Below are positions 40,481 through 59,300 of a stretch of 64,000 nt of DNA, piece after piece. Source of the DNA: Nymphon striatum. Its lineage: Eukaryota. Position 1 is the stretch's first letter. Every line of letters starts with the position of its first letter. Under the pieces are notes generated by a model. That model saw only the letters and a list, made by a program, of their open reading frames with translations, did not search any database and was not told the DNA's origin. Made by a program: the position numbers and the translations under genes. Location of the stretch: positions 152,216 through 216,215 of the forward strand of contig JABFOP010000807.1 in NCBI GenBank assembly GCA_016618385.1, read 5' to 3'.

Positions 40481-41839
40481 TACAAAATAACTCCACCACA
40501 CTTTGATTGGTTATCATCTTAGGTGAATATTTGGCCGCGTTGATATTTAGACTCCCTTTCACTATGCGAAATTAGCAGTTTTCATCTATCTATCCCAACT
40601 CCTGGGGACAAGAGGTATGGATGAACTCGTGCAGTTTATAAAAAAAAAATGTGATAATTTTTCTTACTGAAAATCAAGTTCCTTTCCATATAAGTTAATA
40701 GACAGGTGCACGCCAGGAAAAAACAGCCTTTTATTCCACTCAAGGTTTTCTCAGTGGATTCAGCTCATTGAAACCACACTATATGGAATAAGCTTCTGGG
40801 CCACCCTGAAATTTGCCTCATATCCAATATGGCGACCAAAATCCTAAAATGCCTGCATAATTACCTAAAATGTAATTTTTTGAAGTTCCCTTTGCCTAAT
40901 CAGGATGTTTCTTCTTCTAATATTTGAATTTAATTGTACAGAAAGATGATTCAGTGGTCTAGAACCCTCGACGGTGCGTTCTCAGTTCAAAAATTCAAGT
41001 TAGATCCTTGTCGTAAGTTCCTTTCTGGTGTGGCTAGAGCTAGTGTGATGGTTGTACAGGGGAATAGGTCAGGCAAAAATTCAAGATGAACGCCAGTCTT
41101 CTCCCTAATACGGTAAAGTCATATAGTTCTATCCATAGGTTTTTAGGGTCAGAGAATCAATTTAAACAATTTCTATTGGAAGTCATGGAGGAAATTAAAG
41201 ATGGCTGTCTAAGCCGATCTTTATAATAGGTTATTGGTCATATTTCTTTCTATATGACCACTATTTTTGGGTCAGGAAATCTATTTATGCACTTTTTATT
41301 TGAATTATCTCGGTAGGTCGTGCAGTATCGACCCAAAGATACCTGTAAGGCACATTCGGAGTCGTCCTCTATCTTCCTATTTAGACTATTAAATAAATGT
41401 GTCCTGTAAATCTGTTAAAAATTCCTTATCCTTTGTTGAGTGTCGGAGGTTATTGGCTTTAGCAATACACCTTAAGTCCCTTTTCTGGTCAGCCTTGTCT
41501 AAAAATTCATCTGTTGATTTTAAGTTAAAACGACTACCATATATTCTCAGGAGTAGCAGAGCATTTTTAAGGACATTTAAAAACTAAAATGACTTTCTAG
41601 GATGCGTACAAACCCTGATAACAAGTATTTTGCCAAAAAAAATAAAAAATAAAAACAGATTCCCATTGTAGTAACATGTTAAAATGTAGGCTATTTATTA
41701 ATAATACTTCTAATTATATAATATACCCAGGCTCATCACAGGTTCAAATCGCGTATTATTTAATAATTTTATGATTTATATTAAAAAATAACTGATAATA
41801 AGAATATAGTCAAATTATTTATAAAAATGGACTACTTGG

Positions 41840-41955
41840 CAGGTCTGCTACATGTTTGTACAGGCAGGGTCACTAACCTTCCGCTTCAAGCAGAGGTAGC
41901 TTGTTGTGCCAAACATTGTTTAAACAACCGAAAGCCTAATACGTTGTCTCACTTC
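41840..41955 (-). mobile_element. Short fragment of the same LINE family (matches 58395-58490).
   Basis: caggcagggtcactaaccttccgcttcaagcagaggtagcttgttgtgccaaacattgtt is ~80% identical to ggcaggatacatttgtcaccttccgctttaagcagagagatagtttgctgcgccaaacattgtt. Confidence 0.5.
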
Positions 41956-42377
41956 AGGCTCCCAAACTATATCTATAGAGACATCCTTCTTAATAATAAT
42001 AGTATTATTTATCCATTTGTTCCTCAGTTAAATACCATGTTTTATTGGGTTGGATTTCATGACCTTTGTTTCAATCAAATTATCTCCAAATCGAAAATTA
42101 CTGGTAGATCTAGATATACTGTTCAAGAGATATTTGTTGTAAAATTTAACTTCAATGAAAAAATTAAACATCCACATTTAAAGAAACAAGAATTTATTAA
42201 CAACAATTCACTCATACTTTTTAACTGACATTCTGTAAGAAGCTTTTTTTATTTTAATATTACAGCACAGGGAAATACTTAATGCACAACTTAAATTAGA
42301 AACATGTTGAAGCTATACAATCAAGGACAGCTTAGGAATCTCATAAAAAAAAAAAAAAAAATCTAATGCAGTCAAAT

Positions 42378-48584
<6,207 letters not shown>

Positions 48585-51295
48585 TTTGAGCCATTATGAT
48601 CTAAAATATTTAGAAAAAGATTATTAAAGCGGTAAGCAAGGATATTGAAATACATACAATGTATCACAAAAATTAATTTCATGTTTTAAATTTACATGGA
48701 AGAGCTAAGTAAATAACTTATCTCACTCTTCTTGTAACCCCTATTGCATGCAACCTTCACAAGCCCTTTCAGCTAACGACCGAGATCTTGAACATAGTCC
48801 CAACCATTTCTGATTGTTCTGCAGGGCTTTATTAGGGGTCTACAGGTACGAAATGATTTTGATTTGTATAAATTATTCATATCATGGAGATTATTTAAGA
48901 GTACAGATTCTTGTGCATTAGTACCATATAAAGCATTGGTACGATCATTGGAGACATGTATGCTATAGAAATAGTTTAGAGTGCTATCAAGATGATAGCC
49001 ACGACACTTTGTTTGCCAGTTGTAATTTTCGTTTTAAGATCTTTTATTTATTAGTGTAAATTTTACGTGACAGTAAAATGTAATATATATCCATTAATTA
49101 TTTTATTTTGTTTCAATGAAGTCAGGAGCCAAAATTAGCTATATATATATATATATTAAAAAAAAAAATAAAAAAAAAAACTTGCCGCAAGTTATATTAA
49201 CAATTACTTGCACCAAGAGAATTTAACTTGTGCTTTCGAAACTGATAGTATCTCTTCACTTTCTCCCTGTTTTAGTTAATGATATAAATAAAACATAAAA
49301 TAAAAAAACAAATCAAACGCTTCGTCCTGCAACTCGAAAATGTATTATGATAAAACCTAATTATATTAGTATAATTATACTAATTAATTTGATTCATTCA
49401 CATATTCTGTGTAATAAAACGTAAACAATTTTTTGAGTTGCCATGTAGACCGAGAGACCAAAAAGTTGTAAGCTTCTCGGACTACATGTCCACTCAAAAC
49501 ATTATACAGAATAGGTTGATGAATTAAATTTAGTATAAAAGTTTAGGGAACATCAAAGTGTAGTAGAAACGCTGAATCGAAGATGAAACAATTGACATTT
49601 ATTCTTAGATTTTACTTACATGGGTTCGAGCTCTAAATACTTAAGTCTGGCATATTGTCATTTCGTTCGGTGAAAAACACTATATAATTTATTTCGACCC
49701 CTAGAAGTGGATTGATTTGATCAGCATCTTTAACTAGACCGTCCGAGAAATATATGTACTAAGAATGTTGAATTTTTGAAGTGATTTCGGTCAACTTTCA
49801 CTGAAAACGGCTTTTGCGGCACCGAAAAGTAAGTATCTTCAAACACATGATCCTAGCTTCACAGAACTTTGATTCTTTTACCAAACGAAAATTTAGACTT
49901 TATTTACTCCATGTCAGACTACAATAGTCTGGTTTCAAACTTATTCAAGGTCAAAAAACAAAATAAAACCTTTATTGGCATAGACTTGTCAGGTAATTTT
50001 GAAAATTCGGAAAAAATATACCGAATTCACTTACTTTAATTACTTGACTTCATTTTAAGGATAAATTCAACTTGATATTAAATCAGGAACATATGCTCTT
50101 TTGTAGAGAGACGAAGAAGTGGTGGAGGTAACTTAGCGGGTAGACGGGCGCCATTCATTCAGACGCTTTGATAACACTCACTCGTTCATTACACTATTTA
50201 ATATTTCTTTATTCTTTCTTGTTCTTCGGTCATAAATTTTAAAATTGTTCAATAAATTAAATTTTCTGTTATTATTAGTAAGCCGTAAGAATAAAACTGT
50301 AAAATTTAAATATATTACAGATTCCAGGGTTCTCAATAAAAAATTTTGTAAGAGGCTCAAACATGCCTGAGTGGTCCGGGTTCAAAATTTTTTTTGATTT
50401 CTAGGTGTGAAATCGTATTTTGACCATGATAATTGTATCATTTAGGTTTCTGGCCGGATGTTCACAAATTTATTTGAAATAATTAAAAAGAAAATTTTTT
50501 TTTTTTTTTTTTTTTGCCGATTTGAACTGGCCCAAGTTTGTTTTGAAGTAGTCTTTTAAGCCGGTCTTTAATGAGAACCCTGAGAAACAAGTTTTTCTAC
50601 TTCATTAGGACCCATTATGACATTAAAGGACAAATATTGTTAAATATGAAGTTGTAGTTCAAAAATTATCAGTAAGCAGACTCTCGGCGGACACCAAAAA
50701 TGTAAGCATCGAAGTCTGCTAAGAACATAGTTATTAGACTTTTATAGGCCCTTAATCTTCCTTATCGTTTGTTCTGTAATCATTCACAAGGTCTACCTCT
50801 TTAAATCCTTAGAGTGATAAAAAAACATATACCACGAATCTTCCCTGTTTTTCAGTGAGCACGTCTAAGAATCAAAAATTTTAAGTTTCACGCAAAACTC
50901 ATGATTCTCGCGGGATATTTAAAAGAAATGACTGTGATAAGATGACCTTCAATGCACCCTCCACCCCACACTTTATCTCTTTTGTTCAAATCTCTTTCCT
51001 GCCTGCAGCAATGGCTACACAAAACAGCTGGCAGTCAACATTCGTGGTTATCTCTACATCTTATTTGAACCCTCCACTATTTCACTCTTTAAGTTGTGTA
51101 TTCTCGTGTTTTCCTCTCTGATAATAGATGCAGGCTGGTTTTGATTATTTAAAAAAAAAAAAATCAAATAAACAAGCAGAAAAATAAACATTTTAAAAAA
51201 AATGTAAAGATTACTATGCCAAAAAGGCTGCACACAAGGTATAGGAATGGTGGTATGCAAAGAGGCTAAGCTAGGATGATGTGATGCATTTGTAC

Positions 51296-51480
51296 GGTTC
51301 TCCCCATTTCGTCTTGCAATAGCACCTTAGCCGAGCTACGTCATAGCATGCGGACAGAAGTACATTCTAATAGCACCTTAGCCGAGCTACGTCATAGCAT
51401 GCGGACAGAAGTACATTCTCCCCAACATCAGTGCATTACGTAAGATCTATTTTTAGATCTTGGCTAAGGTGCTATTCCGA
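51296..51480. repeat. 52-bp tandem duplication plus an inverted partial copy (agcaccttagccgagctacgtcatagcatgcggacagaagtacattct x2 ... ggctaaggtgct).
   Basis: Direct inspection. It lies in the RAN-STX intergenic region. Confidence 0.8.
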
Positions 51481-53375
51481 TCATTTTGATATATAGTTTT
51501 ATACACTTCCTTTGATAAATATTCTTGTTATAACCGTTACAATTTACTACATGCAAAAAAGTCACAATTTTGACACTGTTTATCATTGAAAATTTGAGGT
51601 AATTTAATTGCTGAAAAAAATTCATAAATTTGGTTGTAATCAACGTAGAGCCAAAAAGTAGGTATTTTGGAAACTATAATTACAGCTGTATACATCGAAC
51701 TTACTATTTTGGATGAAAGTACAATTTGAAATTTTAGCGAGCAGCGGTACGCATCCTTTTAAAATTGTGTGTACGCCGAAAATCAATATATCGGACTTAC
51801 ACAACTATATGAAATCGTGTGTATGCCGAAAATAATCCGCACCCAGATTCTGAGACCTCCATCCTAACCTACCGCACGCCTAGATTAGGTATATCACTAA
51901 AAATATGAAAGTTGTCCAAATATAGTTTAAATAGGCTCATCTGATAGATCTTAGCAACCAAAAATAAGGGATTTAAAATTTTAAAAATTATCTGAAGGTA
52001 ATTTATTTCATTTTAAAGTGCGACTTATACGCTCCTGATTACGGTATCGCTCATCTAAGTTTTTTTCCGGGTAAACAACAGTTCTGATGGGTAAAAAATC
52101 TTTCTGGATGTTGTTGCGGTGGACAATCCGCAGTAGCTTTTGGGGGTTAGTTCTAGGGTCATAAAAGTGTGGATTGTACGTGGGGGTTTACGGTAATTAT
52201 AATAAAGATCAAGAGAAAAAAATAGATCTGATTTGGTCAATTTCTTGATTTTAAAAATAGTTGTGTGGTACCCCAGTCACTGAATTATTTAAAATTAGGG
52301 ATTATACATAACCACACAAAATCCGGGTGTAACAGCAAGTGTCGTATCCGTATCCTCTGCCATTTAGCAATGGCCGACCATAAATCTTGCATGATTTACA
52401 TCAATTTAAAAAGTATGCTTTAGCATTCTTAGAATGTTATGCATACTTGATAATTTCTTGTCAAAATTTAGAACACACGATTTAAACGATTGATCAATCA
52501 AATTTCATTCTCGCTTGCCGATTTAAATTAAATGTGTTCATTTGACTAAATTAGGAAGGAATTGTTGTTCAATCTCAGTCGGCAGTTTCAAAAAACATTA
52601 AAAAAAATCTCAAAATGCTGAACTACGAGGAATACAATTTGAAATGTATGTGGAGAATAAGAAAATCGATTTTAACATTTATTAGGTATACCACACAGAT
52701 ACGAATTCACCGAGAACAAAGGGAGAGAGAGCGCGAGCAATGAGAATGAAGGTAATGGTGCTGGTACTGATGAAAAATTATCCTCATCACCCATTTTGCA
52801 TGTTTAATACAAAACTATGAAGAAAGTGTCACTAAAATTATAAAATATTGCTTCATTCATAAATATAGATCTAAAATCTAACCTGTAATAGGAATGATGA
52901 ATAACAATCGAGGTGGATGATAAGAAATTTTGAAGGATTGCGAGCAACCGGCAACACCGAGGAGAGCGGGAAGAGTAATTCGCCACTGGTTTGGCTGAGG
53001 CGGTTTAAACTGGAAATCGCGGGTGTGAGTTCGGCATTTTCCGGAAAAATACATTTTAAACTTTAGAAATAGTTTGTCAAGCAGAGTTTATTGACCATTA
53101 TTTTGACCATATAATCATACATTCTGACATGGATTTAAATAGGTTTAATCTATCCTTTATATTTAAATAATGAGAATTAATTTTTTTTTTTAATTGTCGT
53201 GCGTCACATCCGTCTTACGGGGCGTTTTCCGGACTTGCGTACTATATAGCTGTCACCGAACGGCTGGAAGACTTGTATTGATTTTTTCATGAGTTCAGGT
53301 TTTTTCTGTCTGAGTGTTCAAAATTCCGATTGATATGTTTCATTAGTATTTAGAAAACTCTATACATCAGCAAGT

Positions 53376-56300
53376 ATGACGAGGGATAGGCTCCAAGCTC
53401 TTAAAAGTGTAAGTATAGAATTTGTATGTGTTTTTTTAAATCAAACATGGCTTCAATACGGCGAATTTCCGTCGACACCAAGCCAACAACATTTCACATG
53501 ATAAAGTCTTGTTATTAATTTAAAACATGTCTTAATATTTAGGCTCAAAGTGAAGATGACGATGTGGGGCCCGAATCGGTTACTGTTAATATGGATGGAT
53601 CGGTATTCATGGAAGCCTTTTTTGCTGAGGTAAGCCTTAAAGTTTATAACTTAAAACTGAAGAATGAGGCATGGCTGAAGCCATGGATTACTGACAACAT
53701 TTAAGTAATTTGTTTTACTTTTGTAAATTATTCTCCTTCACTCAGTTTTGTTTGTATGGTTTAAATTGATTCTATTGTTTCTACATTAAACTTATAATTT
53801 GTGATCACACCTGTTTTTCACACCGTGAATGAGAGATCTTTCTTTCAGTTCATTTAAAAATGGGTTGTAAATGTGAAGCTTCAAGTTGGTAAGAAAATCA
53901 ATATGAAGCAATGCCATGTGTATTATAGTTTTATTATCAAACAAATATATTTCATTTACCGTTAGATGTATCGGTAATGAAACAATATACTGTTCTGTGA
54001 AATAACTTCATTCAATATAATTTGGTGTATTGATTACCTATCCTAACCTAAGAGACAAAATTTGCCATTTTAAATGTTCAATATTTTGGTTGATAAGTCA
54101 CAATAAGTTGTGAAAGGAATGAAAATTCATACCAAAGGCAAAGCAAAGGTAATAAAGAACTGCCATCTGATCTGAATGTAGAGGAAAATACATTTTTTTT
54201 TTACTGTTATTATTTTCAAATTATATAATGTGAAATTGTTCCTACCAAATATTTTTAGTTTAATTCATTGTCTTCAACTTATTTATATTGACTATTCATA
54301 TAGACCCCTTTCAATGTTATTGTTTACATATGATGTGCGCGCAACTGACAGGCAAAACACGTTTCTCTTATGCGATATACAGTACTCAATGTGTTACCTC
54401 TGTCAGCTGAGAAGAAATTAATATATATTTATGAACCTCAACAACGAAGAAATCTTAATTTTATCTATTTGAAATGCCGGACAGTTGCTGCGCAGTTGGA
54501 TGTGCAAACAGACGAGAAGGAAATAATAAGACCTTATCACTTTACAATATTACATAACGCAACCTGGATGCTGAACTTACGCCAGTCCCGCTTGATCGAA
54601 CATACATAGAATACATTCTGACAAATTAGGATTTTACTATCCTTTGGTAGCCAGCTCTGTGAATTAAAAAATATTACTAAAATTCAATTTTTAAAGTTCG
54701 ATACTTTCTTTAAATTCGTATTTTTGCGGTTGGTTTTTCCAAGCACATATGAGTATTGGTGAAAAGGTGACTCACACGGGGTGAAACCTCGATGTGAAGA
54801 TTGCTAAACTGAAAAATGTTTACAAATTAATCTAATCTAATCTAATAATTTGCAATGCAGCCATGTTCAAGAATCATGTTTTTTTTTACTGCATTTAATG
54901 AAGTTAATTTTTGAAAGTGTTTGGAAACTTTTTCTTGTTGAGAAGAGGGTTTTGGAAGACTGGAAAAGCAGCAGATAATGATTGACGGAGCAGCTTGAGC
55001 TGGACACTGCTGCTAAGCATGGGTGTTCGCTACTTGAGTTTGCCGTGGTTGTTAGTAGATACTCCGGGGCAGAATTTTGTACCTTGCGTCAAAATACCCC
55101 GGAAAATCTCTTTTCCGCCTGATTTGGAAAAAAATTATTTTCATATTCTTGCAGAGGATTAAACTCTTCACCTATGTAAGTATTCATGGAAAACATCTAA
55201 ATATGAGATGGAGGGTTTTTTTCTCCTCAACAAGAAAAAGTTTCAAAACACTTTCAAAAATTAACTTCATTAAATGCAGTGAAAAAAAATATGATTCTTG
55301 AACATGGTTTCATTGCAAGTTATTAGATTAGATTAGATTAATTTGTAAAAAAAGTTTTTCAGTTTAGCAATTGAGTCACCTTTTCATCAATGCTCATACG
55401 TGTTTGGAAAAATATGTTTTAATTCACAGAGCTGACCTAACAAAGGATTGTAAAATCCTAATTTGTCGGAATGTACTAGAAGGAGGGTACCCGTCCCTGA
55501 CGGGTTAGTTCGATCAGTAGGGAAGAGTATCAGCCAAAATATATAGTGGATATGATCCCGTCTCGATCGGATGAAATTGAGAAATTGACGTTACTCGGTG
55601 ACCTTTGGATTTGACCTTGGCCCCCTATGTCCGTTCCCGTGACCTAAGGATTATTCATGCCAAGTTTCATCTCATTCCATCCAGCGGTTTGGCCGCCTAT
55701 AAAGGACAAACAAACACACACACACACAGTCTATCTTTTTAGTATACTAGATTCTCTGTATGTTTGATCGAGCGAGACTGGCATAAGTCCAGCATCCAGG
55801 TTGGGTTATGTAATATTGTAAAGTGATGAGGTCTTATTATTTCCTTCTCGTCTATTTGCACATCATGCAGCAACTGTCCGGCATTTCGAATTGATAAAAT
55901 TAAGATTTCTCCGTTGTTGAGATTCATAAATATATATTAATTTCTTCTCAGCTGACAGTGGTAATGCATTGAGTATAGCATGTAAGAGAAGTGCTTTGCC
56001 TGTCAGTTGCGCGTGCATCATATGTAAACAATAACATTGAAAGGGGTCTATTGACTATTCATATTAATTTTATATGGAAACGTTTTGTTTTTCTGTTATA
56101 AGTGTAATTTATTTAATTTCAAATAGAAAAATTATCATAAATTGCAGAAAATAGTGACCACAATAAATGTGCATTGAATTTTCTTCTTCTGTCTTGCTAG
56201 TTAACGTAAATATAAGTATTAAGTTAGTTGAATAATATTGAAACCTTCAGTTCTTTTCATTTAGTTACTTCTTATTGGTTTTGATTTAATATATATTTAA

Positions 56301-59300
56301 TATATATACTTGTCTGATAATTGTATTGTGAAGAATTAACATCATTTTAATTTTGATCAACATTTAGATTCACCTAGAAAGGATTATTGACCTTTAACTA
56401 TTGTTGTAGGTATCATATAGATAATTTAACCCTTTCTTCTCAAAAGGAATTCAATCAGTCAACTAGAATGTATCCTTTTATTTTTTTCCTCCATTGTCAC
56501 CAGGTGTGTGGATACTATTCATGATAATAGTACAGGAGCACCAGGAAGTGTCGAGTTATTGACATAGACTACCTGTCTCCCTTTACAATATCCTGGACAG
56601 GCCCCTAATTTTGAATCTTGCGAAAGAAAATAACGAAAGTTATTTGTATTTGATGAAAGTAGAAGGAGAAAATGGATTTAAATTTGTATTAAATATAAGT
56701 AAAGCCGCGTACAAAATTCATTACAGAATGAAAAGATATGTCTTGTAAAAATTATGTTATATATATAAATAGATTTATCGCACAACCTTGACTTTATTGC
56801 ATGCTTTAGAGTTCTTATATTTCCTGTATAAGGACACGTCCCTATATTGGTGTTGATTACAGACAGAGGTAGTCTGAGATTGTGAATGTTGCTTACCACA
56901 AATTTATTTTTCCTTTGTTATATTACAAACACGCCGTTTACTGAACAAGTCTGTTCTCGAGTTTCAATTATTTTCAGTTGCGTCATTTCTATTTTGTTGA
57001 ATTGAAGAAATCGGATATTATCAGAAGACATCACCGACTTTTGTCAGTTATGTCTCGAGAAGATAAAGAGAAGAGTCGATTTCTTCCTGTGGAAGAAATA
57101 GAAAGAGGAATAGAGAAATAGAGAAATTGAAAGAGGAAAGAGGAATATTTTTCATAAGTTTCGAAATGTTAAATATTTTTCATAACTTTCTATAATGTAT
57201 AGCCAACCTATATATTTTTAAAAAATAAAGTTATTATCTGCAAAAATGAGCTATTTTTTGTCTTTTATGAATTTATTTACCAGCTGTTTTAGACCAAATT
57301 CTTTATTTTGTGACGTATTCTCTCCCAACACCCATATTGAATTTCTTTCGCTTTCAACTTCCAACTTCGTCTGTATCGGATTTCGATAAAGTGTTGAAAC
57401 TTTTTCCCCTCCCGTTCTCACCCTCTCAACAATTAATTCTTTTTTTTTTAGCTTGACTGGCACAAAATGAATCAATTATAAAATCTATTTTAATTAATAA
57501 ATTCATTTTCGAAGCTACCTGTTGGTTGTGCGATAAACAGAATATAAAATTTGTGCTCGTTGCTCATTCTATATCCTCTATATATGTATATAACATCCAT
57601 ATAGTTCTCTTAATCATACGATTGCAGACCTACAATCTTTGATTGTCTGTATAAACACGCTATTTGTGCTCTAAAATTGCATAAATCCAGAAGTGTTAAG
57701 CCATTGACGTAACTACCTTGTCTCCTTTCTGAATATTTTTATTTCAATTTATTAATCTGATATTACTTTGGAAATTATTTCAATGGATTTAATAAAATTC
57801 ATTTTGTTTTCAATTAACAACCGTAAGTCTCATTGAAATTTCATTAAAAAAAAAAATGTTCTATTTATATTCTACTATATTAGAAAATTCATATACTCAA
57901 AGCCACCTGCAATTTTTACTTCAATGTTGTTGTTCTTTCTTATCCATATTAATGCAGACTCCTGGCTATTGTTTAGATCAGGATTTTCAAACTGCACATC
58001 CAAACTCATAAATGAGTTGCAGCAAACAAAAACAGAAAAATGTACTAAAAATTCAGACTTGAAATCGATCAAAACTTTCCACCCAATCCCTGTAAAACTT
58101 AGCTATATCATCCACCCACCTTCTCTTTGGTTTTCCCCGTTTTCTTCCTCCCCTATCTGTTATCGAAATTGTGGATTTAGTGGTCCATCTATCGTCTGTT
58201 CTACGGGTCAAGTGTCCGGCCCAGTTCTACTTGCTACTCTTCACTGTCTGGATCAAATCTTTACACCCTGTGTGTGTCCTCACCCAACTGTTAGTCTTTC
58301 TATCCAGCTCCAGCTCACACCTAGGATCTATCTTTTCACACTGTGTCTCGCCAATTTTCTCAACAGGGTATCTGTAATTGCCCAGGTCTCTGACCCATAC
58401 ATTAGTACAGGCAGGATACATTTGTCACCTTCCGCTTTAAGCAGAGAGATAGTTTGCTGCGCCAAACATTGTTCAGGCGACCAAAAGTTTGCTAACCTAG
58501 GCCAAAATGTCAGCAAGCTTTTTTAACCGAATTGTAATTTAATTAGAATATTGGAAGTATGTTTAGGGAACTGAATAGTAAATTGAGTCAAGTTGAACTA
58601 CATAGTCTTAGATCCCTAAATTAAACAGCTATATAAAATAATTGACTATTACTATTACATTTTGCTACTAATTGCATGTGTAAACTAGGATCTTCCACAT
58701 TAACTCAATTAAAAATGAAGTATATGAACAGGCTAGACTCTGCACCCCATATGCAATTGGGTACGACCCAATTGAAATCAGTACTTTTGAACAAACTAAC
58801 ATATCCATCTCATTAAATGAAAACTTCTGTTTACTGTGTTTTTTTACTAAAATTTTATGCCAGATGTTTCTCTCTTTCTGTTTTTATTTTTATTTTTTTA
58901 GTTTAATTGTAATGATTCTATATTTCTGACCATGCCGCGAATGTGGCAATAAATATTTTCAAGCTTCAGAAGGCACTGAATTACGCTGTGAGATAAAAAA
59001 AAAAAACCTGTGTAATTTTTTCCTATGATGCCCGCAGCGCTTTCAATAGTGTCAGTAAGCAGTGCCGGATTAACCAAGTGCGGGGCCTGTAGCAGATTGA
59101 TTTTATGTACAGATAATGACCGGGAAGTAATTGAATATTTTATAGATTTAATCTACATTCTACAACAACAAAAGTCTAACGTAATGTTTTATTTGCAAGG
59201 AGAAATATAAAACTTCAACAATATCATTCAAAGGGCTTTTCGACGCATTTTTATCTCTGCCAATTTGGCAATTATTTCAGATGAGTTCAGCTTCAGAACG

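Noticed and set aside
41827-42228. 133-aa ORF on the + strand
   Set aside because: The 5' part overlaps an antisense LINE fragment and the remainder is AT-rich intronic sequence of RAN. It has no domain signal.
57924-58526. 200-aa ORF on the + strand
   Set aside because: It is antisense to a LINE ORF2 fragment (58062-58520). It has a Ser/Pro/Leu-rich low-complexity translation with no homology signal.
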